DNA of 64,000 nucleotides. It comes from Octopus sinensis. Lineage: Eukaryota. The stretch is taken from positions 159,588,001 through 159,652,000 of the forward strand of contig NC_043000.1 of NCBI RefSeq assembly GCF_006345805.1, given 5' to 3'. The position numbers and the translations under genes were made by a program. Positions 26,601 to 39,743 of the stretch are shown one piece after another. Every line of letters begins with the position of its first letter. The first letter of the stretch is position 1. The notes under the pieces were generated by a model. That model did not search any database. It was given only the letters and a program-made list of their open reading frames with translations, and was not told the origin of the DNA.

Positions 26601-26645
<45 letters not shown>

Positions 26646-26707
26646 ATAATCATATTAAAATGGGTCCGTGGGGAAGCTAATTTAAATAAAAGGGTTGGGA
26701 ACCACTG
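26540..26707. mobile_element. hAT MITE with internal (TA)n
   Basis: TIRs cagtggttcctaacc / ggttgggaaccactg; imperfect 8-bp TSD ccttacat / ccttctat. Confidence 0.75.
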
Positions 26708-28035
26708 CCTTCTATAAACCTTTCAGAGTACCCAAATGTAGAATCTGTGTTGTTTATATCTAAAGTGCACAGAAATAAAAGTGACCACATGCGCGCGCAC
26801 GTGAGTGTGTGTGCGTGTGTGTGTGATTATATATGAGACGAGAACACCAGCTTGGTTTTAGTTTACTATGGTATATAATACAATCAACAGGACACTGCAA
26901 AACGTTTCGTGACATTATGTTATCACAATATGCTCTTCGGGTGCATAAACGGTTACTTTTGCAACTGAAAAATAAGTTACGCAGCTATGGTATAATCACA
27001 AAACGATTCGTAGTGTATCCTGGAGGTTGTATTATACTATGAACATACACACACATAGAACTTTTAAGTTAGCATATGCTTTCATGAGTAGGCGCTTAGT
27101 CCTCATTTCATGGCGTGGTATAAAATAGCTCAATTCAAATCTTTAAAGTATAGGGCACTGACTTTTTTCATGAACTCGTGCATAGAGAGTTGGCTAACGG
27201 ATTTAGCTAAAGACCTATGAGCTGATTATCTCATACTTTAAACCCCTGCCCAATTTTTCGTGTTTCCCTTCTGTCTACAAATAACTATCACGCAACTGAA
27301 AAGAATTTGGCTCAAACATATGTTTGGAGAATATTTCCATTTTCAGGGTAATAATAGATTGACTTCTAAAAGGCTCAGAAGTCTCTCGCGGAGAAGAGTT
27401 ATAGAAAAATGTTGAAAGTATATGGAGAACTGGACGGGAAAAAAATCTCCCTATTGTTTCCCATCATCTAAAATTATCTGTTAGTCTTCCATTTAATAAT
27501 GTTATCTCATCTGTCAGACAATTCTGAAGTTAGGTAGCTGGCATTTGAAAATAAACAATCAATGACTGACTTGGCTAGATATATTATTTCTGCTTTTAAA
27601 AAGTCTAACTTTTTCAATGTTTCACAGAAAACGTATTCGGTTTAATTACATGTCATAGCACGCAACGTTTGTTTGGTAGTGCAAAGACGAAGATGAGAAA
27701 GATGGCATGTGTCAGCTATCTTAGGCGAGAAAAGTAGTGACATAGAACTTATTACTGCAGTCCTTCACGCATCCAGTTGTATCCTTAAAATGAAAATATT
27801 TTCTTTTCCTTTTTACGTTGCTATTGAAATATGCAAGACTAAATTTAGAATCAATTTACATTGTGGAAGAACTATTTTAGCAATCTCAAAAACACAAAAG
27901 CTATTTAAATTCGCTTTTCACTTATTTTTTTAGCTGTTAACATTTTTGTTGTCCATCTGCGACCTGAGCAAGGAAAACAATTCCACAGAGTGGTGGAAGA
28001 ACCGAGCCAGTGACCAAGTCGTACTCACAGTTGAG

Positions 28036-28448
28036 CTCTTTTACTCTCTTTTACTTGTTTCAGTCATTTGACTGCGGCCATGCTGGAGCACCGCCTTTAG
28101 TCGAGCAACTCGACCCCAGGACTTATTCTTTGTAAACCTAGTACTTATTCTATCGGTCTCTTTTGCCGAACCGCTAAGTTACGGGGACGTAAACATACCA
28201 GCATCGGTTGTCAAGCGATGTTCGGGGAACAAAAACAAACACACACACACAGACACACATATATATATATATACATATACATATATACGACGGATTTCTT
28301 TTCCGTTTCCGTCTACCAAATCCACTCACAAGGCTTTGGTCGGCCCGAGGCTATAGTAGAAGACACTTGCCCAAGGTCCCACGCAGTAGGACTGAACCCA
28401 GAACCATGTGGTTAGGAAGCAAGCTACTTACCACACAGCCACTCCTGC
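28036..28448 (-). mobile_element. SINE family A, full length
   Basis: As for 21680-22070. Confidence 0.9.
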
Positions 28449-28739
28449 GCCTATGCGATGAAAATTTTGACGCCTCATAAAATAAACTGAAAATGTATTT
28501 AAGCGGATTTTGTGTTGTGTTCTGAACCGGATAAAATTGAATTTCTACAATATAACCGATTCATTATCAACACGATCTCAGATCCGGTCACGAAATGTAA
28601 TTTGAAAATATATTTAGAATGTTTAGTAGAATCTCTATGTCCCGAATATCTGCTTCACTATACCGGATCTTTTACAATGGGTAAAGTTTGGGAAGTAATA
28701 AGTGGTCTGTTAACGACTGGCACCGTACCGAAGTGTTTC

Positions 28740-28783
<44 letters not shown>

Positions 28784-29029
28784 CTCTATGTGGTCGCTCC
28801 ACAGATGACTATAATCTCGGCTCACATCAACAATGAAGTCGATATGTCCCGCAGGATGAGTTCTGAATCCTGAGAAGTTTTCAGTCCAGAGAGTAAGATG
28901 CCATTCCCCTTTTCACCTCCTTCGTACGGGAACACCTAAAATACTGCTGCCCCACTCAGTCTCCCCACACCAAACAAAACATTGCGAGAATTAATTCAAA
29001 CCAGAGAGCAGTTACTAAAAAAGTAAAAA

Positions 29030-29470
29030 CGTGACTGATCTTAAAACATGGAAACTTTATTCTGTCGCCGCCGTAAGTATCACATCATTTGCACAATGTG
29101 GAGAATATACCACCGGCATTGCCCAAACAACGTTAACATCAGATTCATCCAAAACTGGGACCATGTGCCATATACCTCATACACAATTCAGGCTCACAAT
29201 ACATACAGTCACTGTAACACTATTCCTGTTCTTCAACGGACCCTATTCTATTTAACATCATCACAAAACAAATCACAGATCCCATCGCCTTCAAACGAAA
29301 ACTGAACAAATTTCTTCAGGGAATACCAGATAAGCTACCTATTCCTGAATACATCTCAATTAAACAGCAACTCCCTACTTAAATGGGTCATGGTATCACA
29401 AAATTTAACTTAACGAATCGTATCAAGTCGTGCTATTATGTTAGACATGGCCTCAGCCAATCTTTACTTG
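29030..29470 (+). mobile_element. CR1-type LINE 3' end, degraded ORF2 C-terminus
   Basis: Frameshifted pieces KLYS..CRRRKYHII..WRIYHRHCPNNVNI, ILFNII, AFKRKLNKFLQGIPD, NSNSLLKW match the CR1 ORF2 tail pattern. Confidence 0.75.
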
Positions 29471-29559
29471 AAACATATTTAAGTTTATAAATATCGTCAG
29501 TGTATCATATATCCGATAAAGAAGCGCACTCTAAAGCATAGTGCAGTAATGGATTTATA

Positions 29560-30480
29560 TGCAGTTATGTATATGTCCGATCATAGAGTGAGCAATGGTT
29601 TCGCATCCATAAAGCGCCAAGCTTTATGAACGACTCGCCAGACTATTGGCGATGGTCAAATACCTCTTCAAACTGTGAAGATAGAATTCCGTTACAGTTA
29701 GTTAGTAAACAAAATATAAACAATCCGGGTCGGCGAAGACGAGTTATCTCAGATCAGTTCAGCTGACTTTCCATATAGGCTAAAATGGCAAACGGGGAAC
29801 GTCTGCCCTTAGGTTGTCTTTAGCTCGTAAGGACATTTTAAGAGCTAATCGATGAATGGGGAATCCCGTGTTTGCAGCAGGTAGCGTTTGCAATGGAGCA
29901 CGGAATATAAATCGCATGTCGGGAATTTAATAATCTTGGTTTTAGGAAGTCTTTGAGGATCTTAGCACGTTCAGCTGTGCAAAGCTTGCAGCGTCCGCTC
30001 CTGTTGATACAGCATCACGGCCGATCTATGAACCTTCACTTGATACTGTATAGGGTTCCTTCATCTTTAAGGCGCTACATGTGGCTTGCCAGGGACGTGA
30101 CGAATCGTCTTTCCAGAATCCTGAAAGAGGACTAGTGGTTGTAAAGGGACCGCTTGAAGGCAATTCCGGCTGGCCTGATATAGTTCCGGACTTGAGTGTT
30201 GGTTCTGTTCACATCTTGGGAACATTTCTGTAAGCTCCGGGCCTGTAGATGTTGCTGCAGAGTGGGTCTGGCGATATCGTTGTGACTGTTGTCATTGTAA
30301 TAGTCATCCCTAGCCGTAGTGGTTGTGCTGCTACTATCACCGACGGCGATGTGACTTCCGTCGTTGGTAATACTGGGAGTGGGACCGGTAGCTTCACGGA
30401 TCCTGCTGGTATAGGCTGGTCGTCATCTCCGGATCTCCGGCCGTAGTGCTGGTGTTTCTGCCGCTGTCGTCAATGTTGTG
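29560..30480 (-). mobile_element. Penelope-like retroelement 3' fragment: GIY-YIG endonuclease relic plus pseudo-LTR
   Basis: Minus translation ..NIY..RNYIRPAGIAFKRSLYNH*SSFR...TSLASHM*RLKDEGTLYSIK*RFI...SGRCKLCTAERAKIL...RLLNSR, the PLE endonuclease pattern YIG/FK.R..NH/LS..IW.LK/RC.LC..EK. Confidence 0.82.
29582..29678 (-). ncRNA. Degenerate type I hammerhead-like motif in the Penelope pseudo-LTR
   Basis: cacagt-UUGAAGAG-(branched insert)-CGAAAC-cattg-CUC-actct; there are core mismatches. Confidence 0.4.
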
Positions 30481-30628
30481 TTCATATATATATATATATA
30501 TATATATACATACATACACACCAGTAAGCTCGTAGATGCAAAACAAGGTTGAAAAATAGTACTCGAATACGAGCTAACAGTAAAGTAATATTATACTATT
30601 TACTAAGGCTGAAAAGAATTTTTGAAAG

Positions 30629-30713
30629 CTTACTCGGAGTTTCACGTGACTGTTCGTCAGATAGCTGTGACAATCACATCTGTCTGGCGAACGGTCACGT
30701 GAAACTGAGTAAG
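30629..30713 (+). other. 85-nt hairpin with three U.G pairs; pri-miRNA-like or MITE
   Basis: cttactc(gg)agtttcacgtgactgttcgtcagatag-c-tgtga caa tcaca-t-ctgtctggcgaacggtcacgtgaaactgagtaag. Confidence 0.5.
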
Positions 30714-30902
30714 AGTTTGGGAAGAATTTTTTTCAGCTTTCATTAATCGTACATATACCACTTAAATCACATACCACCATCTTTAAAAAAAATCACACAT
30801 TAAATAAATTAATTGTACGTTGTCTGATAAAGACGGGATGGTCATAACTGGAAAGCTTTTGATTATAGGCATCTACATGCTTACTGGTGTGTATGTGTGT
30901 GC

Positions 30903-30944
<42 letters not shown>

Positions 30945-31664
30945 AAAAATGGCTCAGGTAGAACGAACAATTATATCATCAAAAAGTCCAGCACCACCAG
31001 TCATTAATCATCACTAGCTCTTCCACCGCTAATAACTTCGACGTCCCGAGCCTCATCGACAACACATTACATAACATTACTAATATCAGAGTCATTATCT
31101 TCACCCTAACTAATATAATAATTATCTTATTTCATTAGTGTCATCCTTGTTTCTTCACTGTAACTCCAGTGCGACCGTTCTCACCAACTTTATCATCATC
31201 AACGTCTGTCGCCAACTATCACTGCAATCACCATTACTCAAAGATCTCGGTGGGGAAACGCCGGCAATACGCTATTGTTAATGGGTTTGAATATCCAATT
31301 CTCATACCATAATTGCAAAAAATGTGCTTTGCACGTGATTTAAGATAGTGTAACAGTTTTTTCTTCTCTCCTTATAGCAGCTAATTCTCTTAGGACAATG
31401 CCATTTGTTTTTGTTGTTTGCGATCTGATGGTTATTTAGTTGTTACTTTTAACAGGTCGAGTTTCTATGTACATGTTCTCTTCCCAGCGTTTAATTATTA
31501 CTGTTATTAAAACTACGCAGGGCCAATATTCAACAACAAGCCAAATCCACGGACCAGTTTCAGACATCAATTTAGAAAGGTATTTACCTTCCTTCTTATA
31601 CAGCTCATACAATGTAACTGGAAAGGCACAGACGTCATGCTCTCACATTTCTCTTTATTTCATA

Positions 31665-32045
31665 CTAGCAGTATCGCCCGGCGTTGCTCAGGTTTGTAAG
31701 GGAAATAACTATAAAGCATTTTTAGAGAGTTATAGCCAAAAAATAGCAAAAAAATGGGAAAAAAATGGTAAATTTTTTTTGAGAGTTAAAAAAGGTGGAG
31801 TTGCGACCCCTAGACGGTCTGTGGTTTGGGTTTCTGATTCTCGACCCCATGTCGAATTTATCGATTTTTTTCAGAACTGGGAGAACTTTTCAAAATTTTC
31901 GCTGCGTTAGTTTTGAATTATGACATTGGGCTATGTGTGTGTCAAGTTTCATCAGAATCGGTTGAAAGCCGTGGTCAGAGTGAGGGTACGAGAAAACAGA
32001 CACACAGAAAACGCACAGACAAACTGCCGTTTATATAGAGAGAGA
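31665..32045 (-). mobile_element. Non-autonomous Helitron
   Basis: A|TCTCTCTCTATATAAACGGCAG...CCTGAGCAACGCCGGGCGATACTGCTAG|T. Confidence 0.85.
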
Positions 32046-32735
32046 TCCAAACATCACGGCTTCATAAAATGATTCCATACCGGTGGAAGAAATTATAGCG
32101 ATTCGTGATTTCGTTCATGAACGAATTTTCACTGAAGAATTCATAGCAGATTTCGGCAAGTTCAATAGCTGTGAGAAACTGCTTCACCACATCTACAAAT
32201 GATAAAGAACTCTTTTATAAGTTCATTTACTTGGCCTAACCAATGAACAGCTGCCGAACTGTGAAATAGCATTCAACCGTTCGGTGGGTAATATCGATCC
32301 AGTACAGTAAGATATTTTATCGGTCTTTAAGTGTCGAATCGCTAGAGGCTGGACATAAAAAAATTACTACATACGACACAGGCTCTTTGAGTGATATAAA
32401 CTAATATAGACACGGAATCTGATACATGCAAATAAAACATAACCATACATAGGCATAAATGCACACACACACACCACACACATGAATATACACATGATCT
32501 TTATACATAAGAAATAAATTACCATTTAAGTTTCATGCTGAGCCCGAGGCTTGAACCCAGAAGACAAAGTGATAGGGTTTTTGCAATATTCAACAAATTC
32601 AAAATTCAAAATTCATGAATTCTTATTGGGTGTGCGCGAGTTGTTACGGTCTGAATTAGTTCATATTGGCAGTTATTGTCAGCGTAGACGGGTCAGAAAT
32701 CTACACCATAATATATATCATATATAACATCTTAC

Positions 32736-33115
32736 AGGAGTGGCTGTGTGGTAAGTAGCTTGTCCGGGTTCAGTCCCACTGCGTGGCACCTTGGGCAAGT
32801 GTCTTCTACTATAGCCTCGGGCCGACCTATGCCTTGTGAGTGGATTTGGTAGACGGAAACTGAAAGAAGCCTGTCGTATATATGTATATGTGTATGTGTT
32901 TGTGTGTTTGTGTTTGTACCCTTAGCATTGCTTGATAACCGATGCTGGTGTGTTTACGTCCCCGTCACTTAGCGGTTCAGCAAAAGAGACCGATAGAATA
33001 AGTACTGGGCTTACAAAGAATAAGTCCCAGGTCGATTTGCTCGACTAAAGGCGGTGCTCCAGCATGGCCGCAGTCAAATGACTGAAACATGTAAAAGAGT
33101 AAAAGAGAGTAAGAG
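32736..33115 (+). mobile_element. SINE family A, small deletion in the head
   Basis: Family A sequence. Confidence 0.9.
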
Positions 33116-33134
33116 TTACATATAACATAAAAGG

Positions 33135-33400
33135 GTAAAGGGTGAAGACACCGTTCGGGATTGCACCTACAAGGTTACTCTTCGAGGAACAAGTCTGAAC
33201 AAGGTTGTTTATGGAAGACTTGTAATCGTACACATGCATAGCAGCCTCATCTCTCTCCACACTAAAGATGTTATTCAAAGCAAAGCCAAAGGCCAGTACA
33301 GCTTGGCGCCAGTGACGTCGCAACTCATTTCTACAGATGAGTGGAGTGGAGCAATGTGAAATAAAGTGTCTTGCTCAAGAACACAACACACAGTCCGGTT
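33135..33400 (-). mobile_element. tRNA SINE with RTE-like tail, 5' truncated
   Basis: Homologous to 15842-16151. Confidence 0.75.
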
Positions 33401-33799
33401 CGGCTATAATATATAAGAATGTGTGTGTGTGTACATAATACATATAAAATATATATAACAAAGTTATCAGTGTAAATATGTCCGAGGTATATTCGAACAC
33501 ATAAGGAGGTCAGTCATCACATTTTGTTGTGGAGAATGTTCTCATTCTGGAGAATTTCAAGTCAGTTCAAAGCGCCCTCTACCCAGATCAATAAGTTTGA
33601 AGCAACTTTGAGTATATCTGACCTGAGTGTGTTGACGCCCTTGTGTCAAGAGCATGAATATTTCTCCATGACAAAACGCAATGGATGGCCTCCCAACGGG
33701 TTCGAATATGTCTCAACCATATATGAATTGGTAACAAGTTTATATTTCATATCACAGCGCTTCTAATCCGTATAGATAACATAGTAATATGTATAGATA

Positions 33800-34140
33800 T
33801 CTTTTACCTGTCTCAGTCACTGACCATGGCCATGCTGGGGCACAACCTTGACCAGTTTTTGCTGAAGAAGTCGATCCCAGTACTTATTTCTTTTCAAGCC
33901 TGGTGCTTATTTTATCGGTCTCTTTTGCAAAACTTCTAAGCTACAGTAACGCAAACAAACCAACACCGGTTGTGAAGCGGTGGGGGGGGACAAACACATA
34001 CACACACACACACACACGACGGGCTTCTTTCAGTTTCTGCCAAAATATCCACTCACAAGACTTTGGTCGGTCCAAGGTGCCATGCACTGAGACTGAACCC
34101 AGAAACATTTGATTAGGAAGCAAGCTTCTTACCACACACG
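33800..34140 (-). mobile_element. Diverged SINE family A
   Basis: Degenerate match to both arms. Confidence 0.75.
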
Positions 34141-34279
34141 ATACGTAACATATATTACAATATATCATCGAAAGATATATAACAATATATATACATATGG
34201 CGGTGCCCCAGCATAGCCACAGCTCATGAGCTGAAACTAGATGAAAATAAAAAAAAAAATGAAAATATATATATAGCGC

Positions 34280-34693
34280 AGGAGTGGCTGTGTGGTAAGT
34301 AGCTTGCTTACCAACCACATGGTTCCGGGTTCAGTCCCACTGCGTGGCATCTTGGGCAAGTGTCTTCTGCTATAGCCCCGGGCCGACCAATGCCTTGTGA
34401 TTGGATTTGGTAGACGGAAACTGAAAGAAGCCCGTCGTATATATGTACATATATATATATGTATATGTATGTGTGTTTGTGTGTCCGTGTTTGTCCCTCT
34501 AGCATTGCTCGATAACCGATGCTGGTGTGTTTACGTCCCCGTTACTTAGCGGTTCGGCAAAAAGAGACCGATAGAATAAGTACTGGGCTTACAAAGAATA
34601 AGTCCCGGGGCCGAGTTGCTCGACTATATGCGGTGCTCCAGCATGGCCGCAGTCAAATGACTGAAACAAGTAAAAGAGTAAAAAGAGTAAAGA
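34280..34693 (+). mobile_element. SINE family A, full length
   Basis: Family A sequence with (gtaaaaga)n tail. Confidence 0.9.
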
Positions 34694-36639
34694 GAAAAAT
34701 ATATGCACACACAAACATCATTGTATATACCATTACATATAGCATACGCTATTATAAAAACTATAAAATATACAACACACAAACATGATGCTGGTGTTTT
34801 TGAAGGGAATCATAATCTCTCTTCACATCTCAAATCCCACCTGGGTCGACATTGCCTTTCATCCCTCCAGGGGTTGGCAATCAACTTATCAGCTGTATCA
34901 TCTCTAAAAGACACCCCACAAAAGCTTCAGCGTTGTTGTGGTAGATAGTGGTGGTAGTAGAACTGACTGAAGCTATCTGTGCTGGTGATAGTAATGGTGT
35001 GTTGGTGTGTTTGTTTATGAAGAGATGGAGGTGGGAAAAGACATAAAGCTGATATCAGAGAGTGGTGGCAGTAGTTAATGGGAGTCATGGTAGAAACGAT
35101 GTAGTGGTGGTGGTGGCGAGTGATGGTAGTGCTCTGATGTTCCAGGCCTGAAAGAGGTAGCAGTAGAGGTTGTAGTGGTGCTGGTTTATCATTGATATAT
35201 GATAATGGGTGGAAGAGTATTGTTGGTCCTAGTGACAGTCAATATTTAGTCAATAATGAGTAGATCCTGATCAAGCAGACCTATGATCAAGGACACTCCA
35301 GCCATGACTACCCTATCATTGGTGACAGGGGAAGACGTGGCATCATATAATCTAATGTGGTCCTTATCAATGTTGGCAGAGCATTTTGAGGGAAATCATA
35401 CTACTGTTTCTAGTCATTAATGTAAATATATCATGAATAAGCAAACCTATAATCACGGACATTCCAACGATGACCACCCTATCATTTGAGGTGGGGTTAA
35501 ATGTGACATCACATTACTAAATTGATCCTTATTTATGATGGGAGTGTGGTTTGAGCGATATTTAACTGCTGTTTCTAGCAAGTCATTTGGAGATGGTAGT
35601 GATGGCAACAGCATTGGTCTAACAACCAAGGCAGTGGCAGACCTGTTAGTAGATGTCATGGCTGTAAAACTGCAAAAGAAATTAGAGATATAGTGGTGGT
35701 GGTGGTGGTGGTGCAAGGCAGAGATATGATGATGATGACATCTGATGTATAGGTGTTAAGATAAATGAATAAATATGACCAATAGTTTTATACCTCTCAT
35801 CTGATTAGATCATGTAGCAAATGCGTACAGGGCTTAATGGTAGTCTCAAGGGAATGCCAATCCCAATAATTTTACCTCGTTAATCCAAGACAATGTGTGT
35901 AATAATATCTGTGTAGTTATGTTTATGTGTGTATGTGTGTGTGTGGGGTAATATGTAGGTGTAATGCTTAGGTTTGTATATTTCAATAAAATGTCAGTTT
36001 TTGTATGTCAGTAATATGTAGATTCATATGTGCATGTAATATGTAGGTACATATATGTATGTTATAAATATATATATAAGCATGTGTCATATGCCCATGC
36101 ATATGCAGTGTGTATATAATGCGTAATTTTGCCTGCTGTATGTGTATATAATTTTTATGGGTGGAATACTTAATCTGTAAACCCAGTTCAACACCACTAC
36201 TTCGTCCATGAATACCTTTAGTGGAGTTTACTCTGTTGCAAGCAATTTGGTTCAAATCTCAGGTTTAGAACTTTCTTCTTTCAGATCAACCGCAAAGGCC
36301 CTGAAAATATAAGGGCCATGAGCACTTCCCTTTCTTCTCTGATTCAGTTAAAAAAAAAAAGTGGGGCTGCTAGTACAATGTGCCTAATGTTTATGTAGGT
36401 GTACATCAGTGGCTGTGTGAGTGTTATGTTTTCCTGAGTCTTTTACCTTTCATATGGTATGCATGTTCCCCCGTAAGTGCAAATATGTTTATGTGTGTAT
36501 ACACACAGACACACATAGAGATAAGTATTTTTCAAAAACATTATGAAAAATTAGAAAAATTAACATCAAATCCTAAATGCCTTTCCTAATTTTAAAAATC
36601 AATTTGCCATTATTACTCAAAGATATTAATTAATTAGAT

Positions 36640-37325
36640 AACAGCTCTTTGAAGTTGTCTTGTTATAAAAGATGCCTAGTAATGATATGAACTTAAACAG
36701 CAAAAGCTGCAGCCCAGGGGACTTTCTAAATGACACGCTTAATGAAAAAATTACCTTAAATGTATTAGTAGTATGGCCTGCCTGTCATTGTGCCATGCCT
36801 CATGCAACCCACTTCATAATAAAGGTTGCCTATTCCTGAACAAAAAACCACGGAAAGGTATAGTGTGGTATGTAATATTGTGCACTAGGACACAATGACT
36901 GACTAAATGGAAAGTTGAGAAAAAAAAATTGAAACCTTGTTGTGTGAACAGAAGTTGAGATATCAGAGAAAAATAAACAAAGATGAAGGAGCCAGCTAAG
37001 AAGGACAGAAAGGGGGGGGGGTAGCAAAGGAGAGCAGGAAAGAAAAAAATAAAGGTAAAGAAGAGAGGAATAGAAACAGAGAGAGAATGAAGACTAGGAA
37101 GACAATAAGAAAATAAAACAATAGAGAGATGGAAGGAAAAAAAAAGAAGCAAATAGAATGTTTGAGTGTGAATTAAATTGTGTACATGAATGTGCAACTT
37201 AGAATGCATTTATGAGTTGGGTGCACGTGGAAACTAAATTATGTGCATAATTGGTTTAAATTGTGTAGGAGTGAGATGTACACAATAAATACATACACAA
37301 ATATACATCATATATATATATATAT
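36640..37325. repeat. Direct duplication, copy 1 (~690 bp)
   Basis: Aligns with 38057-38760, with scattered substitutions and a ~28-bp indel. Confidence 0.92.
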
Positions 37326-37475
37326 CTGTGGTAAGTAGCTTGCTAACCAACCACATGGTTGCGGGTTCAGTCCCACTGCGTGGCACCTTGGGCAAGTGTC
37401 TTCTGCTATAGCCCCGGGCCAACCAATGCCTTGTGAGTGGATTTGGTAGACGGAAACTGAAAGAAGCCTGTCATA

Positions 37476-37526
<51 letters not shown>

Positions 37527-37728
37527 TTGTGTGTGTGTTTGTCCCCCCTAGCATTGCTTGACAACTGATGCTAGTGTGTTTACGTCCCCGTCACTTAGCG
37601 GTTCGGCAAAAGAGACCGACAGAATAAGTACTGGGCTTACAAAGAATAAGTCCCGGGGTCGATTTGATCGACTAAAGGCGGTGCTCCAGCATGGCCACAG
37701 TCAAATGACTGAAACAAGTAAAAGAGTA
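37326..37728 (+). mobile_element. SINE family A, slightly 5' truncated
   Basis: Starts at tgtggtaagtagc; its tail joins directly to element C. Confidence 0.9.
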
Positions 37729-38056
37729 TCGCCTGGCCCCCGTGCCGGTGGCACGTAAAAGCACCATCCGTTCGTGTCCGTTGCCAGCCTCGCCTGGCCC
37801 CTGTGCCAGTGGCACATAAAAGCACCATCCGTTCATGGCCGTTTGCCAGCTCCGTCTAGCACCTGTGCGGGTGGCACGTAAAAAGCACCCACTACACTCA
37901 CGGAGTGGTTGGCGTTAGGAAGGGCATCCAGCCGTAGAAATACTGCCAGATCAGACTGGGCCTGATGCAGCCTTCTGGCTTCACAGACCCCAGTTGAACC
38001 GTCCATCCCATGCTAGGATGGAAAGCGGACGCTAAATGGTGATGATGATGATGATG
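37729..38056 (+). mobile_element. Retroposon family C (RTE-like 3' end, (GAT)n tail) with three ~61-nt modules
   Basis: ggaagggcatccagccgtagaaa...ggacgctaaatggtgatgatgatg. Confidence 0.85.
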
Positions 38057-38760
38057 AACAGCTCTTTGAAGTTGTCTTCTTATAAAAGATGCCTAGTAAT
38101 GATATGAACTGAAACAGCAAAAGCTGCAGCCCACGGGACTTTCTAAATGACACACTTAAAAAAAATTACCTTAAATATATTAGTAGTATGGCCTGCCTGT
38201 CATTGTGCCATGCCTCATGCAACCCACTTCATAATAAAGGTTGCCTATTCCTGAACAAAAAACCACAGTGAAAAAAATCATAACGATGCAAGTCGTGATG
38301 GTATAGTGTGGTATGTAATATTGTACACTAGGACACAATGACCGACTAAATGGAAAGTCAAGAAAAAAATTGAAACCTTGTTGTGTGAACAGAAGTTGAG
38401 ATATCAGAGAAAAATAAACAAAGATGAAGGAGCCAGCTAAGAGAGAGAGGGAGGGGGAGCAAAGGAGAGCAGGAAAGAAAAAAATAAAGGTAAAGAAGAG
38501 AGGAATAGAAACAGAGAGAGAATGAAGACTAGGAAGACAATAAGAACACAAAACAATAGAGAAATGGAAAAAAAAAGACGCAAATAGAATGTTTGAGTGT
38601 GAATTAAATCGTGTACATGAATGTGCAACTTAGAATGCATTTATGAGTTGGGGTGCACGTGGAAACTAAATTATGTGCATAATTGGTTTAAATTGTGTAG
38701 GAGTGAGATGTACACAATAAATACATACACAAATATACATCATATATATATATATATATA
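38057..38760. repeat. Direct duplication, copy 2
   Basis: See 36640-37325. Confidence 0.92.
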
Positions 38761-39160
38761 CTCTTTTACTCTTTTACTTGTTTCAGTCATTTGATCGCGG
38801 CCATGCTGGAACACCGCCTTTCATCGAGCAACTCGACCCCAGGACTTATTCTTTTGTAAGCCCAGTACTTATTATATCGGTCTCTTTTTGGCCGAACCGC
38901 TAAGTAACGGGGACATGAACACACCAGCATCGGTTGTCAAGCAATGCTAGGGGGACAAACACAGACACACACATATATATATATATATATATACATATAT
39001 ACAATGGGCTTCTTTCAGTTTCCGTCTACCAAATCCACTCACAAGGCTTTGGTTGGCCCGAGGCTATAGTAGAAGACACTTGCCCAAGGTGCCACGCAGT
39101 GGGACTGAACCCGGAACCATGTGGTTGGTAAACAAGCTACTTACCACACAGCCACTCCTG
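38761..39160 (-). mobile_element. SINE family A, full length
   Basis: Family A sequence. Confidence 0.9.
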
Positions 39161-39162
39161 CA

Positions 39163-39198
<36 letters not shown>

Positions 39199-39694
39199 TT
39201 TATGTATGTATATGCATTTATATATGTATGTGTGTATATGCATGTATGTATGTATGTGCATATTTTATGTTGTGTGTAGAGAAAGTGTGTTTGTGTCTGC
39301 TACTTAAATGAATATCATCCTCGCTGGCCCACAGGACTGTTGAAGGAAGTTAGAATAAAGGTGGTGCTGGGAGTATTAAACAGAGTGAGTGTATGTACAT
39401 GAGGGTATGTGTGTGCATGAGTGTCTGTGTGCATGAGAGTGTGTGTGATTATGTATGTGTGTGCATTTAAGGAGGGCGTGCATATAAAAGCAAAAAAACC
39501 AAAAAAAGACAAAAATAAAACAAACAAACAAGGCGTTCTGTTTAAAAGATCAGCATCAAACAGAATAAGCAACGTTGATCATAAAGTGTGGAGAAAGGTG
39601 AATGTATGGTGGGTGGGTGTGTGTGTATGAAAGGGGTAGATGTTTTTGTAGGTTTACAAATCTTTCCAACTAACTCAATCAGCAACTCAATATG

Positions 39695-39743
<49 letters not shown>

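Noticed and set aside
39304-39336. Minus-strand exon LWASEDDIHL extending the TPR-like peptide
   Set aside because: Strong acceptor, but the only donor (TAA|GTAGCA) is very weak.
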